Shown: one piece after another, positions 33,806 to 45,358 of the stretch
How positions within the stretch are numbered: the first letter of the stretch is position 1
How the letters are laid out: every line of letters starts with the position of its first letter
Origin: an uncultured Solirubrobacterales bacterium
GTDB taxonomy: Bacteria; Actinomycetota; Thermoleophilia; Solirubrobacterales; Solirubrobacteraceae
Reading direction: 5' to 3'
DNA: 64,000 nt
NCBI GenBank assembly: GCA_963779405.1
Contig: CAVZYF010000005.1
Span: forward strand, 482,721 to 546,720
Notes under the pieces: generated by a model
Database searches by the model: none
What the model saw: the letters and a program-made list of their open reading frames with translations, nothing else
Told to the model about the DNA's origin: nothing
Program-made: the position numbers and the translations under genes

Positions 33806-34511
33806 GTGAGGGCCGTCTCTCTCCATCGCGACGTGCTGGTCGCCACCAGCGCCGTTCTCCAGGTCAACTGCGTGATCGTTCGCGGGCCGGTTGATGGCGA
33901 GGGAGAGACCTTCGTAATCGACTCGCCCGTTCTTCCCGACGAGCTCGAAACGCTGCCCGCGTTGCTCGAACAGGCTCGTTTTCCAAAGCCCAGCGGGCTG
34001 CTTGCCACGCATGGCGACTGGGATCATCTGCTCGGGCGGCTCGCCTTCCCCGGCGTTGCGCTCGGCTGCGCCGAGAGCACCGCCGAGCGCCTGCGGGCAT
34101 CGCCGGGCGAAGCTCAGCGCGAGCTGCGCGCGTTCGACAGGGATCTGTTGATCGAACGGCCCCGTCCGCTCGCGCTCGGGTCGGTCCAGGCGCTGCCGGT
34201 CCCCGGGCGCTGCGGGATCGGCGACCACGAGCTGGAGTTGCATCCCGCCGACGGTCACACCGTGGACGGGATGGCGATCTGGATCCCCTGGGCGTGTGTG
34301 CTCGTGGCCGGCGACTACCTCTCGACGGTCGAGCCCCCGACGCTCAACGATGGAGGGAGTCGCGAGGCCTACCTCGCAACGCTGGCACGCCTGCGCCCGC
34401 TGGTCGCGCGAGCCGAGCATGTCGTCCCCGGTCACGGACCCGGTGCTGGACTCCGAGCGGGCGCTCGGGGTCCTGGAGGAGAACGTCGCCTCGCTTACTC
34501 AGGCGACTTGA
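33806..34511 (+). CDS. MBL-fold metallo-hydrolase (frameshift ~34440)
   Basis: THGDWDH, GHTVDG, AGDYLS, VPGHG. Confidence 0.82.
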
Positions 34512-36301
34512 TCGTCGCGATCGGGGCGCCCGCGGCGATCGGGGCGCCCTCCTCGATCGGCAGCTCGGCGATCGTGCCGGCCTTGTGGGCGGTGATCTCG
34601 TTCTCCATCTTCATCGCCTCGATGATGCACAAGAGCTGGCCCTCCTCGACGGCGTCGCCCTGTTTGACGAGCACCTTCCACATGTTTCCCTGCAGCGGAG
34701 AGGGGAGCGTGTCCGGCCCTCCGGCGCTGGAGCTCTCGCGCTGCTTGCGTTTTGGTGCCTGCACGCCCGCCTGCTGTCGAGCCGTTTGCCGAGACGCTGC
34801 CGTTGCCGCCGGCGAACGGGGGTCCGACGACGCGCACGTCGAAGCGCTGCCCGGACACCTCGACCTCATAGGTCTGCTCGACCTTCTCCTCGCCGGCGTC
34901 GTCTCCCGGGGGCTGGGGCGCGGGAAAGGCGAGCGTCTTCAGCCACGCTTTGTCCTCGAGCAGGTCTCTGCACGTCTCGCCCTTGGCCCATTGCTCGGTC
35001 GCCAGCAGCGCCTGATGGAAGGGAATCAGCGTCTTCAGGCCCTCGATCTCGTATTCGCCCAGCGCGCGCAGCATTCTCTGGGTGGCCTGCTCGCGGTCTG
35101 AGTCCCACACGATCAGCTTTGCCACCATCGGGTCATACATCGGCGAGACTTCCCCTCCCGCGCCGACGCCCGAGTCCACGCGCACGCCCGGTCCGCTCGG
35201 CTCCAGGTAGGCGCCGATCTTCCCCGGCGCCGGGGCGAAGTTCTTGGAGGCGTCCTCGGCGTTGATCCGGCACTCGATCGCGTGCCCGCGCAGCTCGATC
35301 TCCTCCTGGCGGTAGCCCAGCTTCTCGCCGGCGGCCGCTTTGATGCCCTCCTTGACGATGTCGATGCCGGTCGTCATCTCGGTCACGCAGTGCTCGACCT
35401 GCACGCGCGTGTTCATCTCCAGGAAGAAATACTCGGGCTCCGCGCCCTCACGTGCCGAGAACAGGCCCTCGATCGTGCCCGCGCCTACGTAGTCGACGGC
35501 CTTGGCGGCGTTGACGCCGATCTTCCCGATCCGCTCGCGCAGCGCCTCATCGACGACCCACGCCGGCGCCGGCGACTCCTCGATCACCTTCTGGTGGCGG
35601 CGCTGGATCGAGCAGTCGCGCTCGCCGAGGTGGATGACGTTGCCGTGGCGGTCGGCGAGTACCTGGACCTCGACGTGACGCGGGTCGTGCAGGTAGCGCT
35701 CCAGGTACACGGTCGCGTCGGAGAAGAACTTCTCCCCTTCGCGGCTTGACCCCTCGAACGCGCTCTGCAGCTCATCCTCGGTCAGGGCCACGCGGAAGCC
35801 CTTGCCGCCGCCGCCGCCGGCCGCCTTGACCGCGACGGGGAAGCCGATCTCCTCCTTGGCGATTCTCATCGCGTCCTCCACGGTGGCGACCGCCTCGGTC
35901 GTGCCCGGCACGATCGGCACGCCCGCGGCCTGCATCAGCTCTCGCGCGCGCGTCTTCGAGCCCATCGCCTCGATCGCGCTCGCCGGTGGGCCGATGAAGA
36001 CGATCCCGGCGTCCTCGCAGGCCTGGGCGAATGGGGCGTTCTCGGCGAGGAAACCGTATCCCGGGTGGATCGCCTCCGCGCCCGAACGCTTGGCGACGTC
36101 GAGGATCTTCTCGATGCTCAGGTAGTTCTCCGCCGCGGGACCCTCGCCGAGGTTGTAGGCCTCGTCGGCTCGTCTTGCGTGCAGCGCGTCGCGGTCGAGC
36201 TCTGAGTAAACGGCGACCGACGCCACGCCGAGCTCGTCGAGCGCGCGCACGATGCGGACCGCGATCTCGCCGCGGTTGGCGACCAGTACCTTCGAGAACA
36301 T
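34495..36301 (-). CDS. Acyl-CoA carboxylase alpha subunit (biotin carboxylase + BCCP; frameshift ~34760)
   Basis: [49 protein letters not shown]. Confidence 0.95.
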
Positions 36302-36313
36302 TCGGCCGGTAGC

Positions 36314-37631
36314 TTAGGCGATCATCCCCGCGCCGACCGTCTCGTTGCTCGCCTCGTCGATCAATATGAAGCTGCCCGTACGGCGGTTGCTCGCGTAAGG
36401 ATCGAACACGAGCGGGGCGCTCGTGCGCAGGCGCACGCGGCCGATGTCGTTCAGACCCAGCTCCTTTGGCGGTGCTCCGCGCTCGAGCGTGTCCACGTCG
36501 ACGTGGTCTGTGATCGCGTCCACGATCGTTGTTGCGCTGCGCGTGGTGTGCTTGATCACGTAGCGTCCTCCCGGGCGCAGCGGTTGCTCGGCCATCCAGC
36601 AGACGTCGGCCTCCAGCTCGCGCGCGACCGTCGGCGCCTGATCGGGACGGCAGATCGTCTCGCCGCGCGAGACGTCGAGCTCGTCCTCCAAGCGCAGCGT
36701 CAGCGACATCGGCGCCATCGCCTCGTCCAGCTCGCCGTCGTAGGTGTCGATCGCGGCGATCCGCGTCGTGCGGCCGCTCGGCAGCACCGCGACCTCCTCG
36801 CCCTTGCGCAGCGCGCCGCTCGCGAGTTGGCCGGCGTAGCCGCGGTAGTCGCTCGCCGTCGGCACTGCCGTTGCTGGAAGTCCCGCTGGGGCGGACCACC
36901 CATTGCACCGGGAACCGCGCGGCCCGATCGTGGGGGTGGTCGTAGGCGACCTCGACCTGCTCCAGTAGCTCCAGCAGCGTTGGGGGATGGGCGGGATCGT
37001 CAAACCAAGGCATTGCCTGTGAGCGCTCAACGACGTTGTCACCGTTCAGCGCGGAGATCGGCATATAGGCGATGTCACGCCCGTGGGTGGGTTGGGCGCC
37101 ATTCGTCGTGATCCCGGTCAGCTTCTTGGCGAAGCCCTCGAACTCCACCACGAGCTCATCGAATCGCTCCTGCGAGTAGTCGACGAGGTCCATCTTGTTC
37201 ACCGCGACGACGAGGTGGGGGATTCCGAGCAGCGCGCTGATGAACGCGTGACGCTTACTCTGCTCGAGCACCCCTCGCCGCGCGTCGAGCAGGATCACCG
37301 CCAGGTCCGCGGTCGAGGCGCCCGTGACCATGTTGCGCGTGTACTGCCGATGCCCGGGGCAGTCGGCGATGATGAAGCGCCGCTTCGGGGTGGCGAAATA
37401 GCGGTAGGCAACGTCGATCGTGATCCCCTGCTCGCGCTCGGCGCGGAGCCCGTCGGTCAGCAGCGCCAGGTCGAGCGCGCCTTCGCCGCCGCGCCGCTCG
37501 CTCGCCTGCGCTACGTGCTCCAGCTGGTCCTCGAACACCTGCTTGGTGTCGTACAACAACCTCCCGATCAGTGTGCTCTTGCCGTCATCGACCGAGCCGG
37601 CGGTGGTAAAGCGCAGCAGGTCCAGAGTCAT
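36314..37631 (-). CDS. cysN: Sulfate adenylyltransferase subunit 1, no APS-kinase domain (frameshift ~36860)
   Basis: [43 protein letters not shown]. Confidence 0.95.
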
Positions 37632-37644
37632 GGGGCGGCGCGCA

Positions 37645-38562
37645 CTAGAAGTACCCCGCCTTCTTGCGGTCCTCCATCGCCGCCTCCGTCACCCGATCGT
37701 CGGCGCGCGTCTCCCCGCGCTCGGTGATCCGTGTGGCGGCGATCTCGCTGACGACCTCCTCCAGGGTCACTGCCTGCGAGCGCACACCGCCTGTGCAGGT
37801 CATGTCGCCGACGGTCCGGTAGCGAACTGTCTCGGTGCTCACATGCTCGCCGTCGATCAGCTCGACGCCCTCGCGCCACGCGTACAGCATCCCGTCGCGC
37901 CCGAACACCTTGCGCTCGTGCGCGAAGTAGATCGACGGCACCTCCAACCCCTCCTGGTCGATGTACTCCCAGACGTCGAGCTCCGTCCAGTTGGAAATTG
38001 GGAAGACCCTGACGTTCTCGCCCTGCTTGATGCGCCCGTTGTATAGGTTCCACAACTCCGGGCGCTGTTTCTTCGGGTCCCACTGCCCGAAGTCGTCGCG
38101 GAAGGAGAACACGCGCTCCTTTGCCCGCGCCCGCTCCTCGTCGCGCCGCGCGCCGCCGAAGGCCGCGTCGAAGCCGTGCTCGGCGAGCGCGTCCAGCAGC
38201 GTCACCGTCTGCAGCCGGTTGCGCGAAGCCCGCGGCCCCGTCTCCTCGACCGCCCTGCCGCTATCGATCGACTCCTGCACGCTCGCCACGATCAGCCGCT
38301 CGCCCAGCTCCGCCGTGCGCCGGTCGCGGAACTCGATCACCTCTCCGAAGTTGTGCCCTGTGTCGACGTGCATCAGCGGAAACGGGAACGGGGCCGGGCG
38401 GAACGCCTTCTCCGCGAGGCGTAACAGCACGATCGAGTCCTTGCCACCGCTGAACAGCAGCACCGGGCGCTCCAGTTCCGCGGCCACCTCGCGCATCACA
38501 TGGATCGCCTCTGACTCCAGCGCGCGCAGGTGACTGAGTTGAGGACGGGCCGCGACGCTCAT
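37645..38562 (-). CDS. cysD: Sulfate adenylyltransferase subunit 2
   Basis: [40 protein letters not shown]. Confidence 0.97.
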   Translation of the reverse strand: MSVAARPQLSHLRALESEAIHVMREVAAELERPVLLFSGGKDSIVLLRLAEKAFRPAPFPFPLMHVDTGHNFGEVIEFRDRRTAELGERLIVASVQESIDSGRAVEETGPRASRNRLQTVTLLDALAEHGFDAAFGGARRDEERARAKERVFSFRDDFGQWDPKKQRPELWNLYNGRIKQGENVRVFPISNWTELDVWEYIDQEGLEVPSIYFAHERKVFGRDGMLYAWREGVELIDGEHVSTETVRYRTVGDMTCTGGVRSQAVTLEEVVSEIAATRITERGETRADDRVTEAAMEDRKKAGYF

Positions 38563-38566
38563 CGAG

Positions 38567-39244
38567 TCAGCGGACGGGCTCTACGACATGGATGCCGCAC
38601 TCCGTCTTGTCCGTGCCTGCCCAGCGGCCTTCGCGGCCACTGCCCGGCTGCGTGCACGGTGCGCAGCCGATCGACTCGTAGCCCTGGTCGTGGAGCGGGT
38701 TATAGGGGAGGTCGCGCTCGTTGATCCGCCGCCACAGGTCCTTGTCGGTCCAGTGGGCGAGCGGGTTGTACTTCCACAGGCCGCGGCCCTCGTCGCGTTC
38801 GATCAGCTCAGTCTTTGCTCGTGTCGGGCCCTGCTCGCGGCGGATGCCGGTGATCCAACCTTCGGCGCCGGCCAGCGAGCTCTCCAGGGCCGCGACCTTC
38901 GCGACCGAGCAGCAGTGCTCCGGACCGCTCCACGGTACCCCGTGACTGCTCGCGTCCTGCACCTCGATCTTCACGCCGAAGCGCTCCTCGAACGCGCGCC
39001 AGGTCTGCAGCGTCTCGGGGAAGAGAACACCGGTGTCGATCGTCATGATCCTCACCGTCTTGCCGGGGGCGGTGGGGGCCATTTCTTCATTAAGTCGCAG
39101 CAGCTCGTCGACCAGCACCGACTCCTCCTTCTGAAACGAGCACAGCAGCACGGCCCGATCGCCGTGGCGCGACGCCTCGCGCAGCGTGTGGGTCAGGCTG
39201 AGCGCGGGGTCGATCTCTGTTACTTGGCTGTCTTGTGCGTGCAT
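38567..39244 (-). CDS. cysH: APS reductase (4Fe-4S type)
   Basis: DTG.LFPET, CC...SIGCAPCT cluster ligands, terminal ECGIH. Confidence 0.9.
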   Translation of the reverse strand: MHAQDSQVTEIDPALSLTHTLREASRHGDRAVLLCSFQKEESVLVDELLRLNEEMAPTAPGKTVRIMTIDTGVLFPETLQTWRAFEERFGVKIEVQDASSHGVPWSGPEHCCSVAKVAALESSLAGAEGWITGIRREQGPTRAKTELIERDEGRGLWKYNPLAHWTDKDLWRRINERDLPYNPLHDQGYESIGCAPCTQPGSGREGRWAGTDKTECGIHVVEPVR

Positions 39245-39279
39245 ATGTTCTGGTCGTCTCGTTTGCGTCGGTCCTTGAG

Positions 39280-41137
39280 CTATACCGCGCACTCGCCCTC
39301 GCCGCGGATCACTTCGAACGGCACGTCGCGGTTCCAGTCGATGAACTGGCTCATCGTCTCCAACCCGAAGTCCACCGGCATCGACAGGTCCTTCACGAGC
39401 GCCTCGAGCTCGGCAGTGCCGACGCGCTGCACGAAGTCGTTCCACTCCTCCTCGTCGTTTGTTCGGTTTGCTTCGTAATGGCCGACCCAACGCTCGATCG
39501 CGTCTGGGACGCGCTTGGAGGGCAGGCGCAGCTTCAGGCGCGTGCCGAACTTCACCTCTCCCCCTTCGAACACGCCGCCGACGTGGGGAATGTAGGCGGG
39601 GATCGTATGCTCGCCGACTTTGATCGACGCGCCCGTAAAGCCGATGCTCGCCACGTGATGCTGGCCGCAGCCGTTCGGGCAGCCTGAGATCTTGACGTTC
39701 AGCTTGCGGGTGATCTCATCGGTGATGTCCATCGCCACGATCCGCTCCTGCACGGCCTCGTTCAACCCCATCGAGCTCGTGATCCCGAGCTTGCACGAGT
39801 CGGTCCCGGGGCACGAGACCACGTCGGTGATCTCCCGCGAGCCCGGCCTCGCCCAGGCCCAGCTCTGACAGCGCGCGCCACAGGTCATAGACGCTCTCCT
39901 CGCGCACCCAGCGCAGCACGAAGTTCTGCTGGACCGTCGTGCGCGCGTAGCCGCCGGCGTAGTGCGCGCATCGACCGCCGCCAGCCCACGGAACTGCTCC
40001 GGCGTGAGGTCGCCGCGCAGTGACTTTCGCCTCGACCGTCACGTAGCCCTCCTGCTTCTGCTCGCGCACGTTCGCCTCGCGGAAGCGCTCGAACTCCGAC
40101 AGGTCGCCGTTCGGGCTGCCGTATGCTCTGCTGCGGCGCGGGCGCGCCCTCGCGCTCGTCGTCGAGGAACAGCCTGTCCTCGATCGAGAAGTCCCGTTCG
40201 CTCACCCAGTCGCCCTTGCACTCCTCCTCGACCTGGTTGCGCAGCTCGTCGATCCCATACTTGTCGACGAACACCTTGATCCGCGCGCGCGCCCTGTTCT
40301 GGCGCAGCCACTCCTGGCGGTCGAAGATCCTGAACACCGCCTCGGCGATCTTCAGGTAGTCGCCGTTGTCGAGCTCGACGAACTCGTACAGCACGGGCGC
40401 CACGCGCGGCATGATCGAGGTGCCGCCGCCGACGAGCATCTCCGCGCCGCGCACGGTGCCGCGGCCGTCGATCTCGCTTCGTGCGCGCGCGGAAGGCGAT
40501 GTCGTGGATGCCTGAGATCGCCCGGTCGCGCGGGGAGCCGTCGAACGCCGTCTTGATCTTCCGCGGCATCGCCTGCGTAGTGGGGTGGCGTACGAAGTAG
40601 CGCACGTACGCGCCCGCGTACGGCGTCATGTCGAACAGCTCGTCCTTCGCGACGCCCGCCCACGGATCGCCGGTCACGTTCCTGCACCGTGTTTCCGCAG
40701 CCCTCGCGGCTCGACAGCCCCGACTCGCCCAGCTCGCGGATCGCCAGCTCGACTTCTGGCAGCGGGATGTGGTGCATCTGCACGTTCTGGCGGGTGGTGA
40801 TGTGGCCCTTGTTGAGCGGCACGTACTTCTCGATCACGTCCGCGAAGGACTCCATCTGCTCCGGCGTGATCCCGCCGAACGGGAGCTTCACGCGGATCAT
40901 CTGCACGTCGGCCTGGCGCTGGCCGTAGACGCCCTGCTTCAGCCGGAACTTGATGAACTCGTCCTCGGGCATCTCGCCCTGCAGGAACTTGGTGGACTCC
41001 GTCTTGAAGTCGTCGAACTCCCGCTCGATGATCGGGATCAAGTGCCCGGGCACGTTCTGCAGGATCTCGGGGTCCGCGAGCGTGCCGCGCTGGGCGGGGG
41101 CCGACGAGGCCTGGGCGGGGGCTGAAGCTGACTCCAT
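39280..41137 (-). CDS. sir: Ferredoxin-type sulfite/nitrite reductase (siroheme; frameshifts)
   Basis: QGVYGQRQ, HITTRQN, MPRKIK, SCPGTDSCKLG, KISGCPNGCGQH; AGGAGG RBS. Confidence 0.9.
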
Positions 41138-41198
41138 CTCTGTGAGACCTCCTGCGGTTCCTGGTCCGTGGTCCGGGCGAGTTGTGCGGCGGGATTGC

Positions 41199-41221
41199 CC
41201 TAAAGGCTAGCGGCTTTTAGG
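41199..41221 (-). promoter_or_regulatory. Imperfect inverted repeat overlapping putative sir-operon -10 (TAGCCT, minus strand)
   Basis: CCTAAAgGC-tagcg-GCtTTTAGG in an AT-rich patch. Confidence 0.55.
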
Positions 41222-41224
41222 TAT

Positions 41225-41401
41225 TTATCCAGACGCCAGAAATGTGAGCTCTGGTTCGCGCGTGACTCCTTCGAGGATAGCCGCGCGAATCCAGGGGTCG
41301 GGGGGCCTATCGCTCGAGCTCGCCGGAGGTGCGGTCGCGCGCTGAAACCTTTCGATCGCCGCCGCGATCGCCGCCGCCTGCTCAGGGGTGGCCGACTTCA
41401 C
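41225..41401 (-). CDS. Acyl-CoA carboxylase epsilon-subunit-like small protein (58 aa, below ORF-track cutoff)
   Basis: [19 protein letters not shown]...[11 protein letters not shown]; GTG overlaps the carboxyltransferase TGA. Confidence 0.72.
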   Translation of the reverse strand: MKSATPEQAAAIAAAIERFQRATAPPASSSDRPPDPWIRAAILEGVTREPELTFLASG

Positions 41402-43038
41402 AGAGGGATGTTCCCGTGCTTGCGCTTCGGGCTCGGCTCGCGCTTGGAGCGCAGCGTCTCGAGCGCCGCGATCAGCCGCGGGCGTGTCTCGTGCGGGACG
41501 ATCACGTCGTCGATGTAGCCGCGCTCGGCGGCGGTGTAGGGGTTGGCGAAGCGCGCCTTGTAGTCGTCCATCAGCCTCTGTCTGCGCTCGTCGGGCGTCG
41601 GGCTCTGCGCGAGGTCGCGCCGGTAGATGATGTTCACGGCGCCCTCCGGACCCATCACCGCGACCTCGGCCGTCGGCCAGGCGAAGTTGAAGTCGGCTCC
41701 GAGGTGCTTGGAGGACATGACGTCGTAGGCGCCACCGTAGGCCTTACGCGTGATGATCGTTACCTTCGGCACCGTCGCCTCGGCGAACGCGTACAGGAGC
41801 TTCGCGCCGTGGCGGATAATGCCGCCCCACTCCTGCGCGGTGCCGGGCAGGAAGCCGGGCACGTCGCAGAACGTCAGCAGCGGGATGTTGAAGGCGTCGC
41901 AGGTGCGCACGAAGCGCGCGGCCTTCTCGGAGGCGGCGATGTCGAGCACGCCTGCGAGCTGCGCGGGCTGGTTGCCGACGATGCCAACGGTGAAGCCGTC
42001 CATGCGCGAGAAGCCGCAGATGATGTTCTTCGCGTAGTGCTCGTGCACCTCGAAGAACTCCTCGTCGTCGACGATCAGCTTGACGACGTCGCGCATGTCG
42101 TATGGCTTGTTGGGGTTGTCCGGGACGACGTGGTCGAGCTCGGGATCCATCCGCTGCGGGTCGTCCGCCGGCTGCACGCGGGGTGTGCTCTGCAGGTTGT
42201 TCTGCGGCAGGAAGCTCAACAGGTAGCGGCAGTCCTCCAGGCACGCGTCCTCGTCCTCGGAGGCAAACTGGGCGACGCCGGACTTCGTGTTGTGCGACAT
42301 CGCCCCGCCCAGCTCCTCGAAGCCGACTTCCTCGCCGGTGACCGTCTTGATCACGTCGGGCCCGGTGATGAACATGTGCGAGGTCTCCTTGACCATGAAG
42401 ATGAAGTCGGTGATCGCCGGCGAGTAGACCGCGCCGCCGGCGCAGGGGCCCATCACGAGGCTGATCTGCGGGATCACGCCGGAGGAGCGCACGTTGCGCA
42501 GGAACACGTCGCCGTAGGAGCCGAGCGAGACGACGCCCTCCTGGATGCGGGCGCCGCCGGAGTCGTTGATGCCGATCATCGGGCAGCCGATCTTTGCGGC
42601 CAGGTCCATGATCTTGCACATCTTCTCGCCCATCACCTCGCCGAGCGAGCCGCCGAACACGGTGAAGTCCTGGCTGAACACGCACACGGTGCGGCCGTCG
42701 ATCGTGCCGTGGCCGGTGACGACGGCGTCACCCCAGGGCCGATTCTTCTGCATGTCGAAGTCGTACGTGCGGTGACGCACGAACGTGTCGAGCTCCTGGA
42801 AGGAGTCGGGGTCGAGCAGCTTTTCCACGCGCTCGCGCGCGGTGTACTTGCCGCGCGCGTGCTGCTTCTCCTCTGCCTCCGGCGATGAATGGATCGCGGC
42901 CTCGCGCAGCTCCTGCAGTTGGGCTAGCTTCTCCTCGTAGGTCTCCGGCGCCTTCTGGCGTGGTGGTTTGCGGTGCCCGCTGCGGGAAGCGGCTAGCAGC
43001 GCGGCGTCGTTCTGCCGGTCGTGTGCGTTCGAGGCCAT
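41398..43038 (-). CDS. Acyl-CoA (propionyl-CoA-type) carboxylase carboxyltransferase beta subunit
   Basis: [54 protein letters not shown]. Confidence 0.96.
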   Translation of the reverse strand: MASNAHDRQNDAALLAASRSGHRKPPRQKAPETYEEKLAQLQELREAAIHSSPEAEEKQHARGKYTARERVEKLLDPDSFQELDTFVRHRTYDFDMQKNRPWGDAVVTGHGTIDGRTVCVFSQDFTVFGGSLGEVMGEKMCKIMDLAAKIGCPMIGINDSGGARIQEGVVSLGSYGDVFLRNVRSSGVIPQISLVMGPCAGGAVYSPAITDFIFMVKETSHMFITGPDVIKTVTGEEVGFEELGGAMSHNTKSGVAQFASEDEDACLEDCRYLLSFLPQNNLQSTPRVQPADDPQRMDPELDHVVPDNPNKPYDMRDVVKLIVDDEEFFEVHEHYAKNIICGFSRMDGFTVGIVGNQPAQLAGVLDIAASEKAARFVRTCDAFNIPLLTFCDVPGFLPGTAQEWGGIIRHGAKLLYAFAEATVPKVTIITRKAYGGAYDVMSSKHLGADFNFAWPTAEVAVMGPEGAVNIIYRRDLAQSPTPDERRQRLMDDYKARFANPYTAAERGYIDDVIVPHETRPRLIAALETLRSKREPSPKRKHGNIPL

Positions 43039-43090
43039 CCGGCGCGGGATCTTATCCGCGGGCTCGCGCCGGGTGGTTCTCAGGGCGGTC

Positions 43091-43660
43091 TCAGGCCCGC
43101 GAGAATGGCCGGTGGTGCGCGGCGCCGAGCCGGTCAAGCACCGCGGTCAGCACGGCGGTTACTTCCTCTGCCGCGACTTCCTCCTCGGCGGCCTTCAGTT
43201 CCGCGGCGATGTCCTTCCTGTCCTCGTCCTGAGGTCGATCGGGCTCGTCGACCTCGATGGTCGCCGACTGCTCCGGCTCCGGCTGGACGACTTCTTTACG
43301 ACGGCGAAAGAGCCTGGCGAAGAACCCAGGATGTGGCTCAGGCTCTGGCTCCTCCGCGACTATTGGCTCCGGCTCCGGCTCAACTTCCATCGATGGCTCC
43401 GGCTCGGGTTGCGGCTCGGGCGCCGAGAGCTCTCGGGTGGCGGTCAGCGTGACTTTGGTGCCCCACCCCGAGGGCTTGAGCAACACCTTGCCGGTGGTGT
43501 CCGCGGCCTCCCATTCCACGGTCTTCTCCGGCTCGATGTGGGTGATGCGGATCTTGCCGAGCTCGCCGAGGTGGCGAGCCAGGGCAGCCGGGTCGCTCAG
43601 CTCTGCCCACAGCTCGGGCGGGGACTTGACCAAAGTGCGCTGCACCTCCGAGGAGATCAT
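43091..43660 (-). CDS. Hypothetical protein, SRPBCC/START-like N-terminus with Pro/Glu-rich insert
   Basis: [16 protein letters not shown]..., GTKVTL, PEPEP tracts, C-terminal helix [15 protein letters not shown]. Confidence 0.65.
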   Translation of the reverse strand: MISSEVQRTLVKSPPELWAELSDPAALARHLGELGKIRITHIEPEKTVEWEAADTTGKVLLKPSGWGTKVTLTATRELSAPEPQPEPEPSMEVEPEPEPIVAEEPEPEPHPGFFARLFRRRKEVVQPEPEQSATIEVDEPDRPQDEDRKDIAAELKAAEEEVAAEEVTAVLTAVLDRLGAAHHRPFSRA

Positions 43661-43747
43661 CGGAAGACCATTTCGCGCGCGCCGCGTCGACTCCTTCAGC
43701 GTGGCTATACGCACAAAAGCGCTGATCCACAAGAGCGGCTCTGAGCG

Positions 43748-44793
43748 CTATGCCGCCGCAGTGCCGGCAGGGCGCGCGCTCAGCAGACCCTCGGCGTGCA
43801 GCAACTCGGCCAACTGGACCGCATTCAGGGCGGCCCCCTTGCGCAGGTTGTCGGCGACGATCCACATGTCGAGCGCGTGCTCGTGACCGGGGTCGCGGCG
43901 GATGCGCCCGACGAACACGTCGTCCTGGCCGGCGGCGTTGATCGCGAGCGGATACTGCGCGGAGGCGGGATCGTCGATCACGCTCACGCCAGGGGCGGCT
44001 GCCAGTAGCCTTCGCGCCCGCTCGGGGGAGAGGGGTTCTCGCGTCTGCACGTTGACAGCCTCGGAGTGTCCCGTCACGACCGGCACGCGCACGCACGTCG
44101 CGCTCACGCGGATCGACGGGTCGCCGAGGATCTTGCGTGTCTCGTTGATCAGCTTGCGCTCCTCGTCGGTGTGATCCTCGCCATCTGCGAACGAGCCGGC
44201 GTGGGGTAGCGCGTTGAAGGCGATCTGATGCGCGTAGGACGCGGGCGGGGAGATCTCGCGCTCGTGGAGCAGTGCGTGAGATTGATCGAGCAACTCGTCC
44301 ACCGCCTGCTTACCGGTACCGGAGACGGCCTGGTAGGTGGAGATCACCAGCCGCTCGATCCCGGCCGCGTCGTGCAGCGGCTTCAGCGCCACGACCATCT
44401 GCATCGTCGAGCAGTTCGGGTTCGCGACGATCCCGCGGTGGGAGGCAAGCGCCTCGGGGTTGACCTCGCTGACGACGAGGGGAACGTCGTCCTGCATACG
44501 CCAACGCGAGGAGTTGTCGACCACGACGGCACCTGCGGCGGCGAAGCGCGGCGCCCACTCGCCCGAGGTTGAGCCGCCGGCGGAGAACAGTGCGAGGTCA
44601 AAGCCCTGGATCGAGTGACTCGTCGAGGCCCTGCACGATCAGGCCCCCGTCGAGCTCGCGGCCGACCGAGCGCTCGGAGGCGAACGGCGACGATCTCGCT
44701 CGCCGGGAACTCGCGCTCGCGCAGCAGTTGCAACATCAAGGTGCCGACCTGGCCGGTGGCGCCGACGACGGCGACTCGATAGGAGTTGCTCAT
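43748..44793 (-). CDS. asd: Aspartate-semialdehyde dehydrogenase (frameshifts)
   Basis: VVGATGQVG, VDNSS, ANPNCST, TYQAVSG, CVRVPV..GHSE, DNLRKGAA.N. Confidence 0.96.
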
Positions 44794-44832
44794 GTCCTCA
44801 GGGTACCGACCCGAGGGAGCCCCACGAGGGGG

Positions 44833-45325
44833 CTAAGCCCCCGTATGGGTGGCCATGAAGTAGATCGTTATGACGACCAACAGGTCCATCAGCGCGCCGA
44901 TGCCGCCGATGCGCTTGACGAGCGAGTCGTGCTCGCCGCCGAACGTCACAGGGCCGTCGCCCGCGGCCATCACGATCCTCCTCGGCGACCTCGATCAGGC
45001 GCTTCTCGCGCGGACCGAGGTAGGCGCCCTCGACGGCGCCGATCACGATCACGACGGCGAGGCCCCACTGCACGAAGAACGTGTTCCACAGGTGCAGGTG
45101 GGAGGCGAGGTAGATGCCGCAGATCACGACGAGCGCGAGCCCCGGCATGATTACGCGCTGACTGATCGCGTGCAGCGCCCGGTAGAGCGCGGGCAGCGCG
45201 CGTGTGTCGGCCTTGGTCACGGTGCCGAGCAGGACCGGATAGGCGAAGGTCGCGCCGAAGGCGATCACGACCGCGAGGATGTGCAGCGCGAGCACGATTT
45301 CGAAGAGCTCGACGGCAGGGAGCAC
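44833..45325 (-). CDS. Four-TM hypothetical membrane protein (DUF2269-like; frameshift near 3' end)
   Basis: [19 protein letters not shown]-terminal TM; TAG at 44833-44835. Confidence 0.65.
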
Positions 45326-45358
45326 GCGCGAAGCCTAACTGCTTGCTGCGGCGGGGGA

